Of a stretch of DNA of 64,000 nt, positions 26,894 to 36,084 are shown piece after piece (the first letter of the stretch is position 1; every line of letters begins with the position of its first letter). The notes under the pieces are model-generated. The model saw only the letters and a program-made list of their open reading frames with translations. It searched no databases and had not been told where the DNA came from. The DNA lies in assembly GCA_046563655.1 (NCBI GenBank), contig CM102286.1, positions 9,672,001 through 9,736,000 of the forward strand, in the 5' to 3' direction. The translations under genes and the position numbers were made by a program. Origin of the DNA: Yuukianura sp. NJ FZ-2021. Lineage: Eukaryota.

Positions 26894-28843
26894 TTAACTT
26901 TTGCAAATTTTTGAAAAGCATTGGCGGTTTTGTTTCCAAAATGTTTGTGCTCCTTGTAAACATCGGAAAACAATTGAAAATAAGCATCCGACACAGAGTA
27001 AAGCAAAAAGTCCAACGAGACTCTCCAATGCCAAAGGCTGTGGTGTCGTTGAATAATTTTGAAAAAATGACTCAATTTCCCGCTTTACTGGAGAAGTCCT
27101 ATTTTCTTGCTTGAGCCATCTTGATCCACTTAATTTGACTTGCGCCCAGTCCTGCTGCTGCCACTTATCATACAGGCCGCTCATCATCGTCCTTGAAATG
27201 TAGTTATCAATTGGTTCCGCTAGAGGGCACGACTTACGATACACCCATGCGATAAGGATGTTCATCACGGCGTCTCTAGACGTCAGCAAGAACGGTATTT
27301 TGTGATCTACATGTAAAGTGGCATTGGCGTATATCGCGTAATTTGCGTGCATTTCCCAGTCGAGACAGGCTGTGCGCTGGTTCAAAATAACGCCACTGAT
27401 ACACGTCTCAGAAGAAGTGTTGACAAACGTCACGCGTCGGGTTATTGACCTCACTACGGGGTCGTATGACGTAGCTGCGTAGCGATATGCAATTCCTCCG
27501 TAGTAACGAAATAATAACTTGTAGTTTTGAGCCACAATTTCCGCGTGTGTTGTCGGTACCTTTTCGGGAGCGATGAACGTCAAGTAGTAAATCAATCTCG
27601 AGCGATACCCGGCTCCCATTACTAAGCAAAAGAACATCCAGCCGAAAATGAGTGATTTGATTCTGAAGCCCTTCCAAGTAGCTTGGTTCGCCGACTGGTC
27701 AAAGATGATGGCCAACAGCGAGGAAATGACCTGTCGGAGGTCATTTCCTTTGTAAATGGCAGAACGCCGTTGAGGAACTGCTTTTACAAAGCGCAGAAAC
27801 CGAAATGAATAATAATACACCGGTCCAATCAAAAAACCTGTGACGATGATCAAGGACCAAACTGACGCCTGGAACGGCCAAAAAATGGCTCTCCAGTTAG
27901 TTTTAAGTGGTGGGGATTTTATGAAGAAAACGCGACGTAGCCATGTAAACACAAATCCATTGTCGATAACCGGATCGCGAGTGGGGGCTAGGCCACACCC
28001 AATACCAATGTCGGCTTGACGTCGATAGACTTCTCCAACGGCGCCAAACCAAAGTCCATCTCGCTTAAACCCTGACGCCCCTCCACTATTTGAATACTGA
28101 AGATGAAAAGTGACGTTATAGCGCCTTCCGGCGTCGCGGAGAAGGATAGCGTAAATGCCAGTGGCAGAGGTCCATGCCTCTTTGCTACCAGCATTCGTTG
28201 GCATGTTAAACCATGGCGTACCTATAACAGATGTGACACGCACCACTCTACTCTGAAGTACCGAGTCGCACTGACGTCGATAAAGAGATGATTTTACAAT
28301 TGACCTTTGATGACCTCCAAAGTTGCAACTGTCATTTACTTCTAGACGTTGTACAATGTAATTATAAGGTACATTGTCCAGAAAAAGGCTTTTTGCCAAA
28401 TTAGCTACATGTTCTGGAATTCCAATGTATAAAAAGTAGTCTTTGTGGAGCCGAACAAGTCTGACGTCAGCCACTTTTGCAGTTAGGAATTCAAAATGTC
28501 GCGGTCCGTATTCACTCAAAATAAAAACCAGTTGACAATTTGCGTTGTGTTTAAATGGACCTGGCAACCATGGCTGCAAAAGCTCTTCCGTAGCGTGTTC
28601 CTTATCAATGTACTTGGTACTTGCAAGGGTTTTAAGTATTGTAACTGGTCGTAACTCGAGGTTATTTCCATGAAGGAGGTCAATGACCTCAATATTAGAA
28701 TCAGTCACAAAGGTCCAAGATTTGCAAATCAACTCTGGTGAAGTAGTTGACTCGATGTTAGATACATAGGACATTGCTAGGTCAAAAAGGTCACCTATGT
28801 CATTTGGTGAACTGTGTACCATATGCAGGAGCATTGGCATGAT
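26894..28843 (-). CDS. Divergent ionotropic receptor (IR, iGluR family); intronless over the visible part, N-terminus cut by the gap
   Basis: About 650-aa open frame. S1 motif DGLWFGAVGEVYRRQADIGIG, pre-M1 WRAIFWPFQASVW, M1, M3-like WMFFCLVMGAGYRSRLIYYLT, S2 region, M4 PLALESLVGLFALLCVG; stop at 26894-26896. Confidence 0.85.
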   Translation of the reverse strand: MMPMLLHMVHSSPNDIGDLFDLAMSYVSNIESTTSPELICKSWTFVTDSNIEVIDLLHGNNLELRPVTILKTLASTKYIDKEHATEELLQPWLPGPFKHNANCQLVFILSEYGPRHFEFLTAKVADVRLVRLHKDYFLYIGIPEHVANLAKSLFLDNVPYNYIVQRLEVNDSCNFGGHQRSIVKSSLYRRQCDSVLQSRVVRVTSVIGTPWFNMPTNAGSKEAWTSATGIYAILLRDAGRRYNVTFHLQYSNSGGASGFKRDGLWFGAVGEVYRRQADIGIGCGLAPTRDPVIDNGFVFTWLRRVFFIKSPPLKTNWRAIFWPFQASVWSLIIVTGFLIGPVYYYSFRFLRFVKAVPQRRSAIYKGNDLRQVISSLLAIIFDQSANQATWKGFRIKSLIFGWMFFCLVMGAGYRSRLIYYLTFIAPEKVPTTHAEIVAQNYKLLFRYYGGIAYRYAATSYDPVVRSITRRVTFVNTSSETCISGVILNQRTACLDWEMHANYAIYANATLHVDHKIPFLLTSRDAVMNILIAWVYRKSCPLAEPIDNYISRTMMSGLYDKWQQQDWAQVKLSGSRWLKQENRTSPVKREIESFFQNYSTTPQPLALESLVGLFALLCVGCLFSIVFRCLQGAQTFWKQNRQCFSKICKS

Positions 28844-28943
28844 NNNNNNNNNNNNNNNNNNNNNNNNNNNNNNNNNNNNNNNNNNNNNNNNNNNNNNNNN
28901 NNNNNNNNNNNNNNNNNNNNNNNNNNNNNNNNNNNNNNNNNNN
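28844..28943. other. Assembly gap (100 N)
   Basis: Run of exactly 100 N; true size unknown. Confidence 0.99.
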
Positions 28944-28944
28944 C

Positions 28945-29925
28945 GGAGCTCCGGAAGGAATGCAGATCCAGTGCGGAGAACGTGGTATCTCGGACAACAG
29001 GACTCATCCCGTGCAGCCACCAAACGACCAGATTGGCAGCCTCGAAGTGAGACTCTCTTGTGATTGCGAACTGCAAGTACCAGGACGACGGACAATTCGG
29101 CCACCATACCCATGCCCCACGGGCATGGCGGACGCACCACGAGTCACTATAGTCATACCAGCAATGATGTCGAAAACCGACATCATGCTCAATCCAGCCC
29201 ATGACCGGAACTACGGAAGCCAAACTGTCTTCCCTAACTTGAAATCTGTTTTCAACGAATCCTGGGACCTCGACGCACCTCGACTGAACTTGACCGAGAT
29301 TAGTCAACTCAAAAATATGATGGTGCCAAAGTTGATACACATCATCCCGCCATCAACAAACACGGCATTAATCATTTGGAATGTCTGCCTCACTCTTGGA
29401 CTTGGGTTCCTACTCTACAAACAACTGCAAGCCATGCCAGGTTTGACTTTTGCTCTACCGTTCCTGGACAGGCTACGTGGAGCAGCAGCGCAGCCGGACC
29501 ATGTTGACTACCACCACGCCAGCAACTTCGCCCTAGCTCTGGTTTTGATGACTCTCATCATTCTTTTCACGCTGTATTGGTACTGCATCATGCGACGACG
29601 GAACCAGGCCACCCAGCAGGAAGAGCCGGTGATCACCTACGCAGCCGCCACACAAACCGCCAAATTGACGCGAAACAGCCCTGTCGTGAAACGCAACCCA
29701 CTGACGAACTTGAAGTTTCCCAGGACGAGCGCCCTAGCCAACCTCGCTGAGCGGATCGAGACGGAGTACGAGACAATCAACGAGCTCCACCAGGCTACCC
29801 AGTCACCAGAGACCCCACCGAGAGCCTATTATGATTATCCACCCCCAGAGTCAAGACGGGTTTCTTTTGCTGTTGACCCTAATGTGGGAACCAGCACCAA
29901 CCCCAGCCCAGAATACAAATACTAA
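28945..29925 (+). CDS. Env-like membrane glycoprotein, C-terminal part (5' end in the gap)
   Basis: Open from the gap edge. Cys pattern IQC...GSLEVRLSCDCEL recalls the C-terminal region of F-protein-type (errantivirus-like) env. N-glycosylation sequons NRT, NES, NLT; hydrophobic segments ALIIWNVCLTLGLGFLLY and FALALVLMTLIILFTLYWYCIM followed by RRR. Confidence 0.6.
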   Translation, partial: GAPEGMQIQCGERGISDNRTHPVQPPNDQIGSLEVRLSCDCELQVPGRRTIRPPYPCPTGMADAPRVTIVIPAMMSKTDIMLNPAHDRNYGSQTVFPNLKSVFNESWDLDAPRLNLTEISQLKNMMVPKLIHIIPPSTNTALIIWNVCLTLGLGFLLYKQLQAMPGLTFALPFLDRLRGAAAQPDHVDYHHASNFALALVLMTLIILFTLYWYCIMRRRNQATQQEEPVITYAAATQTAKLTRNSPVVKRNPLTNLKFPRTSALANLAERIETEYETINELHQATQSPETPPRAYYDYPPPESRRVSFAVDPNVGTSTNPSPEYKY

Positions 29926-30042
29926 GCATACGCTCAACCCAGCTGACAAACCCCTTGACGACCCAGCACCAACTAACCAATATACAACCTTGCGAAATTT
30001 AATGTTTTCCCTTCTCAGGTACAGGACACCCCTCTAGCAACA

Positions 30043-31269
30043 ATGGACCCCACTACCGCAGCAAAACTTCGCTATGCTCAGTCACAGATTAAGAACGTCG
30101 CCGACGGACACCGAATAATACGCCCCGCACGATTCGACGTCCTTCCCATCAACGACAACACAATGTACGACTTCCTTTGGATGCCGGACTGGCCCATACC
30201 GCAATGCACCCCCGGTATACTGACGACGAACAGAGAAGTTGCAGCCCACGTCGCCACAGCTATCGGAACGTTCCCGGTAGTCTTCTCGTGCTTCGAGTGG
30301 CCGGATTCATACGTAGGAAGGATTTGCGGACTCGTCATCATTACAAAGGCGAACGCTTTTATCATCGATCCATTGGACGTCGCCACCCACGAAACACTAA
30401 AGGCCATGTTCCAGTCACCACACGTTATGAAGATTTGTTACGGAGGGAAACTTCAACAGCAGTGGATTGAACGCGACTTTGAAGTCATCCCGCGCAGCGT
30501 CTTGGACGTCGAGACAATTCGCATACATATAGCCGACTTACCATACCACGCGACACCATTCGACATCCGAAGGTTCTTCGAATCAAATGTGGACTTTACG
30601 TTCGGGTTTCCCCGCTACACATTAAATCAAGACCGCGAGCTGATGCTGGACGCCACCAAAACGGTCGCCTTACTTTGGAGAGACATCGGCCGCTACTTAC
30701 AAGATGATCACGCTACCGGGGGAAGAGACATGAAGTTGCTTCTGCAAAATATGCTCGCTAGCACACACGAACAGACAGCGGAGCCGTTCCGCCTTAAACA
30801 CTTCTTCTCGGACAGCCCACCCGCTGACTTCAGAGAGGCACGGGTCCGCGCCTGCATTGTGTATGTGGCCCGCGCCATGGACCTATCCACCAGTTTCTTT
30901 CAATCCGACTACGCAGCATGGAGAGATGGCACAGACCAGGAATTCGTCCGTGGACTGCATAAGAAACTTTCCATGTTCCGGAAACCTGAGGGGATGACTG
31001 AGGCCCGCCATCGCCAACTCATTCCCCAGTTGTTCATGTGGTTTGGCACAGACTTCGGGATGGGCACGCGCTCGACTGACGGACACCCCATCAGAGCCAC
31101 CGCCTCCAGGACCAGACGCACGACCCCATACCCCGCTGCAGGTCAACCACCCCTTGCTCTTCGCGACTTACCACCGCCCGATGTTCTTATCCCCGACCTT
31201 GTACAACAAGTTCAAGATCTGCAGGCCAGGATTCAGGCACTCGAACAACAACACCCTAGACAAGACTAG
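30043..31269 (+). CDS. Retroelement accessory protein, 408 aa: Rrp6/RNase D-like DEDDy 3'-5' exonuclease fold with degenerate active site, HRDC-like segment and C-terminal coiled coil
   Basis: SYVGRICGLVIITKANAFIIDPLDV..TLKAMFQSPHVMKICYGG....WIERDF....SVLDV follows the Rrp6/RNase D pattern; YVARAMDLSTSFF resembles HRDC; DLVQQVQDLQARIQALEQQ shows heptads. Good start context ACAATGG and an upstream splice acceptor at 30017-30018. Confidence 0.7.
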   Translation: MDPTTAAKLRYAQSQIKNVADGHRIIRPARFDVLPINDNTMYDFLWMPDWPIPQCTPGILTTNREVAAHVATAIGTFPVVFSCFEWPDSYVGRICGLVIITKANAFIIDPLDVATHETLKAMFQSPHVMKICYGGKLQQQWIERDFEVIPRSVLDVETIRIHIADLPYHATPFDIRRFFESNVDFTFGFPRYTLNQDRELMLDATKTVALLWRDIGRYLQDDHATGGRDMKLLLQNMLASTHEQTAEPFRLKHFFSDSPPADFREARVRACIVYVARAMDLSTSFFQSDYAAWRDGTDQEFVRGLHKKLSMFRKPEGMTEARHRQLIPQLFMWFGTDFGMGTRSTDGHPIRATASRTRRTTPYPAAGQPPLALRDLPPPDVLIPDLVQQVQDLQARIQALEQQHPRQD

Positions 31270-31335
31270 GTTTCCTCACCCCAACCTATGACTCATTGTT
31301 TTGTCGGGACGACAAAAAGATTAGGCCGTGGAGGA

Positions 31336-31957
31336 TGTTACACCTGTAAAATAGCACACACATATTCTGTGGCACCAATTGTGTTTCACTTTCACTTTCA
31401 CTCTAATGTCAAGGTCGCACTCCCACTTAGTCACTAAGCACAGTCAATCACTAAGAGGGACTAAGACCAAGGTCCAGCTCATTAGTAAAAAAACCACAAG
31501 GCCGTATCCGCTAAGCAATCAAAACCAACCACAGCCGCTACCGGTAATGTGGTTAGAACAGAGTCCCACCGGGAAAACCGCATCATTAGCGACTTGTAAT
31601 TAGAACACTTCCGCACTTTAGTTAAATAGCCCAGTAGTCACCATTAAAGAGAGAGGAAGAAAGGGGCAGAAGACAGAAGTAGTAAGCGAGACGGAAGTAA
31701 GCACCTACCCATAGTACCACCTACGAGCAATTTACTGCAAAGGCAATAAAGAGAGCACCAGCAACCGAACGGTATGGGAATTTATAATACTTCATTATTT
31801 ATTTGCTGATACAATAACCCTTGCACTTACGATGGACATTTCCAATTGACCGAACTCACCACCGGGAAGGGGCCCTTAAGGCCCTAGACCTCTTAGGGGA
31901 AAATAGCTTGACCCTGAGAGCCCTTCTAATACGGTAAGCGCCAAAATGGGCGTAACA
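31336..31957 (+). repeat. 3' long terminal repeat, 622 bp
   Basis: Starts TGTTAC directly after the PPT and ends GTAACA (6-bp inverted termini). TATA-like TTAAATA near 31622 and AATAAA at 31745-31750. Confidence 0.8.
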
Positions 31958-32086
31958 TCACTTACGTAATTGGACTGTTGTAATGACGTGCCCACTTAAA
32001 CCTCATTCCCACGTATAAAACGTGGAACTCTTTACGACTTTCAACCCTTTTCCAATCGTTTTCCGAAGAAAATTGTTTATGTGTAC

Positions 32087-32550
32087 GGGAGCAGCCTTTG
32101 GTTGAAATGATTTCGTTCAAAAACACTTCCTTCAAATGAAAAGGCTAAAACCAATTGGTTCATGAGGCAAATTGGTTCAAGGACAATTGGTTTAAAACCA
32201 CTGGTTCAAGAGGCAAATTGGTTCAAAAGTTAGTAGTTCAAGAGTCAATTTATTGGGAGGTCAGACTTTACCCACCACACTCAGAAGCAATACCCTACCT
32301 AGTCTCAACCGCAATAAATTAAGAGGTAAATTCAAATTAGCAACCTTTTCTGTTTGATTTAAAAAGTCATGCTAAATTCCCAATAGTGATTACTCGTAGG
32401 TGAGGTTATGTTTCTTCTGTTTTTTAATTTCATTAGTTCTTGGACCAATCGATCTCGTGAACTAATAAGTTTTGAACCAATTGGTTTCAGCCTTTTCATT
32501 TGAACGAATTGTTTTTGAACCGATTCATTTGAACTAATTGTATGGAAGCT
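32087..32550. mobile_element. Foldback MITE with ATTGGTTCAA repeats (copy 2); boundaries approximate
   Basis: Same repeated arm motif and central core as 23142-23732. Confidence 0.55.
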
Positions 32551-33082
32551 AGTGTACAACGTAACCATATTGTATGGTTTTGGAGTTTAACTTTTAGTAC
32601 TTTTCAGCAACGACCAGAAGGCAGGGGGAACCAAGTCATCCCTGCATGACAATGCCACCATAGGTGAAGGTCAAAGGTTACGTTGGATGCTTTGATCTTA
32701 GCAAGTGGTCGGACGAAAAGTTTAAATTGTGAACAGGATGGTTGAACGCATCTGTGGCGAAATCCGAGCAAGAATACGAAGTATTATTCTTGTTGAAGAA
32801 ATTAGAAGGGGAACACGTTCATCTAGCACTTATTTCCACCACTGCACTAACTATGGAGGGGCATTGATGCCGCCAAAGATAAATTATTTTTAATTAATTT
32901 AAAGAAAATTTTTTTCTAAATAAAAATATTTTATTATAAAAAAATTTTTTTTCCAAAAAAGAGAGTTTTTTTTCTTAAAAAGATATTTTTTTTAGTAAAA
33001 CAAAATTTTGTGCTGTAAAAAGTTTTATTTTTATATTTTTAAAAATATTTTAGTGTCTGAACAAGAAAAAAGTGTTTTTCAT

Positions 33083-34787
33083 TTCGCACTTTTCGCCTTA
33101 ACCATTCATCCACTGGCCTCATCTTTAACCACCGAATTCAATTGTTGGTACTTGGATGACGCCACTCTCGCTGACTCTCCAGATGTAATTCTCGAGAATC
33201 TCAAAACGATCCAATCAAATGCCCCATCATTCGGACTACACCTCAACATGAAGAAGTGTGAAATAGTTATTCTATCTGCTGACAACGATGAAAGAAAATT
33301 GATTTCCAGCGCCTTCAAAGCAGTTTCTCCTGAACTTGTGCTTCCTGAGAAAGACCAAGCGGAACTCTTGGGAGCCCCTTTCTTCAAAGATTCTTCAAGA
33401 CGCATTCTCAAGTTGAAGACTGAAAACTTCAAAACACTCTCTTCGAAACTCTCCTCCCTGCCTGCCCACGTAGCATTTTTCTTACTTCGGGCCTCAATAT
33501 CAACTCCAAGACTGTTATACTTCCTTAGATGTTCTCCATCATTTCTGGAAACGGACCTTCTTTTAGAGTATGATTCAGCTCTACGCACCGTACTGGAATC
33601 CATCCTCAACCCAAGGTTGACTGAAGAGGCATGGTGTCAATCTTCACTGCCGGTGAATCAATGAGGCTTAGGTGTTCGTCATGCTTCGAACTGTGCTACT
33701 CTCTCGTTTTTGGCTTCAGTTCATAGTTGTGCCGAGCTCATCTCTGCCTTTCTTCCAAGTCATCTATCGCCATTTGACACCTCAGTGGACATCGCTTCTC
33801 TCAATTGGTCCGAAATGGGTTTTGAGACACCTCAAGACGGGAAAGTCCAAAAGCAATGGGAACAGCAAATTTTCAAACAAATTTACTCCTCTCTACTCGA
33901 AAACTCGTCCACTCAAACCGACAAAGCCCGTTTGCTCGCTGGTTGCGCCCCTCACTCTGGTGACTGGTTGAATGCTATTCCATCTTCTCCTCTGGGCACT
34001 CTCCTAACCGATGAACAATTCCGAATCTCTTGTTCAGTTCGGTTGGGAACAGAAATCTGCCAACCCCATCGTTGCCCCTGTGGAACTTCAGTTCTGAGTG
34101 ATGGACTACATGGCCTAAGCTGTACCAGAAGCGCGGGAAGACAATCAAGACATGGTTCTGTAAACGACATCATCGCAAGATCACTTCGGACAGCAGGGAT
34201 ACCTTGCATGAAAGAACCTTCCGGCTGTTCCAGAACTGATGGAAAACGACCTGATGGAATTACTCTCATTCCTTGGAAATCCGGGCGCTCCCTTGCCTGG
34301 GACTTTACCTGCCGTGACACCTTCGCTGCGTCCTACCTAGCAACATCATCTTCCGTTCTTGGTCATCCTGCTGCCATTGCCGAAATCCATAAGCATGACC
34401 TCTACCGTGACCTTGACCATCGATTTATTGTTTCCATCATTGCAGTCGAGACAGCTGGAGTCTTCGGGGAAGAAGGCCGACGTCTACTCAATTCCATTGG
34501 ACATCGCCTCTCAGAAGCCACCGGTGACAATCGAGCGACATCCTTCCTCTTTCAACGAATTAGCCTTGCCATCCAAAGATGAAATGCCACTTCTATATTG
34601 GGAACCCTACCGTCAGGAAAAGAACTCTACGAAATCTACATGATTTAAACATTTTTTCAATACCTCTTTAAATTTCTCAACCTGCCTCTGGCAGGTGTAA
34701 GTTTTTTCAGTTCTGTTGTGTACTGTAGTAGTTTGTGATTAACATTTTTTTTAATAAAAACCCGATTGTGAAATTGCAAAAAAAAAA
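33083..34787 (+). mobile_element. 5'-truncated non-LTR retrotransposon, CRE-like clade (RT + restriction-like endonuclease), pseudogenised
   Basis: Single frame 33083-34648: WYLDD, GLHLNMKKCEI, (G)GLG, CPCG..DGLHGLSC zinc knuckle, RHGSVND, KRPDG, WDFTC. In-frame TGA at 33662 and 34580. AATAAA, then an A10 tail (34778-34787), and an exact 9-bp TSD GTTTTTCAT (33074-33082 / 34788-34796). Confidence 0.88.
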
Positions 34788-34914
34788 GTTTTTCATGAAA
34801 TTAGAAAATATTTTTCGTTCTGCACATTTTCTTTATTTTGGTCAAATTTTTTTTTGTGCACCACTGTGATGAAAAAAGCTTTTTAAATGTTAGGCTTACC
34901 TAACCTAACCTGGG

Positions 34915-35260
34915 GTGCGGGGGTGTTGATCCCACTTACCCGCCTCCCTTTGGGTATGTTGCCCCTACTTTTTCGCCCTCCTCCCTCCGGGTGTGTGTTC
35001 CCCCCACTTTTCCGCCCCCCGACGGAGTGGATGAGGTGTGTTCCCGCCACTCTTTCGCTCCGCACCATAGGGGGTGTGGGGGTTGGTTCCCCACACTTTT
35101 TCGCTCCGCAGGGGAGAGAGGGTGGGTTCCACGGGAAGAGGGGGTGTGTTCCCCGAGGGAGAGAGATTGGGTTCCCCGGTAGAGCGGAGGTGGGCTCCCC
35201 CCGGGGGCGTGGGAAGGTTTCGCCGGGGGATATAAGTGTGGATCACCCTGGGGTGTGAGG
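34915..35260. repeat. GC-rich degenerate minisatellite related to 36085-36885
   Basis: Shares GTGTTCCCC.CCACTTTT.CGC and GGGGAGAG motifs with the larger array. Confidence 0.7.
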
Positions 35261-35269
35261 ATGGGTCGG

Positions 35270-35670
35270 GAAAATGCGTTACTCTTGGTAAACTCCGATT
35301 TGCATAAAAAAATTTGCATAAACTAATTTGAGTATGCTGAGCTCGAATATGAAAAAAAAATTCCCGCGGAAACCACTTTTTCGATTTTTTTCAAAATTTT
35401 GAAATTTTTCGAAATTATTTGAAAACGCACCCGTTGGGGTCATACCTAAGGACGGGGAGTTGGACTGCAGTGAAGATGGCTGTGAAGGGAAGTTTCACTT
35501 AAAATGTGATACCCAGGCGCCAGATGGGGTTCGATGGTACTGTAACAGTACCATACGAAAACGAAAGCAGAAAGCAGTGAAGTGCAGAAAACGGCAAGTA
35601 AACTAAATTAACTAACCTAACCTAACCCATTTTTATGCAAATCGGAGTTTACCAAGAGTAACTCATTTTT
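35270..35670. repeat. ~40-bp inverted repeat enclosing a PHD-finger-like coding fragment
   Basis: AAAATGCGTTACTCTTGGTAAACTCCGATTTGCATAAAAA (~35271-35310) versus its reverse complement at ~35630-35670, one mismatch. Confidence 0.7.
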
Positions 35671-36084
35671 ACCGGTGGGTCACCCGGCGCTGTGGTGTGG
35701 GTTCCTCCCCGCTTCCAAGCTTAGCAGGACGTTAATATGAAAAAAAGTTAAGCTTTGACCCGGAAGCCGGTCACCAGGGATGATATGATGTTCATAAAAG
35801 TTGTTCAACTCGATGAGATGAACAACTTTTGTAGAGGTCATTTTGCATGTTGCCGGAGATGAAAACGGTCGACCTTGACTTTTGACCCGAAAGAAGTTGC
35901 CCCAGGGGTTCAATAGTAAATAGGTCCGGGTCCGTAGCAGGTCATAAGGGCTACACCAAAAAGGGCTACTCCAATAAGGCTACTCAAAAAGGGCCAAAAA
36001 AATTAGGGTTACTCCAAAAAAGGCTACTCAAATACACCGGTTGTAAACCGCGCATACTGATAATAGCTCAGAAATAAGGGGTTG

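Larger units (their letters stand above)
28944..31957 (+). mobile_element. 3' portion of an env-bearing Ty3/gypsy-like LTR retrotransposon (env C-terminus, extra ORF, PPT, 3' LTR)
   Basis: C/A-rich composition distinct from the host. Two long sense ORFs, then a purine-rich tract GGGACGACAAAAAGATTAGGCCGTGGAGGA directly before TGTTAC...GTAACA. gag/pol are not visible and presumably lie in the gap. Confidence 0.8.

Noticed and set aside
26894..29140. 748-aa ORF as one protein, and other X-containing ORFs
   Set aside because: It reads through the N gap; the part beyond 28943 is antisense retroelement sequence.
33662..34582. UGA=Gly recoding or alternative genetic code in the LINE
   Set aside because: The element uses ordinary GGN glycine codons elsewhere and is a 5'-truncated dead copy in a standard-code genome.
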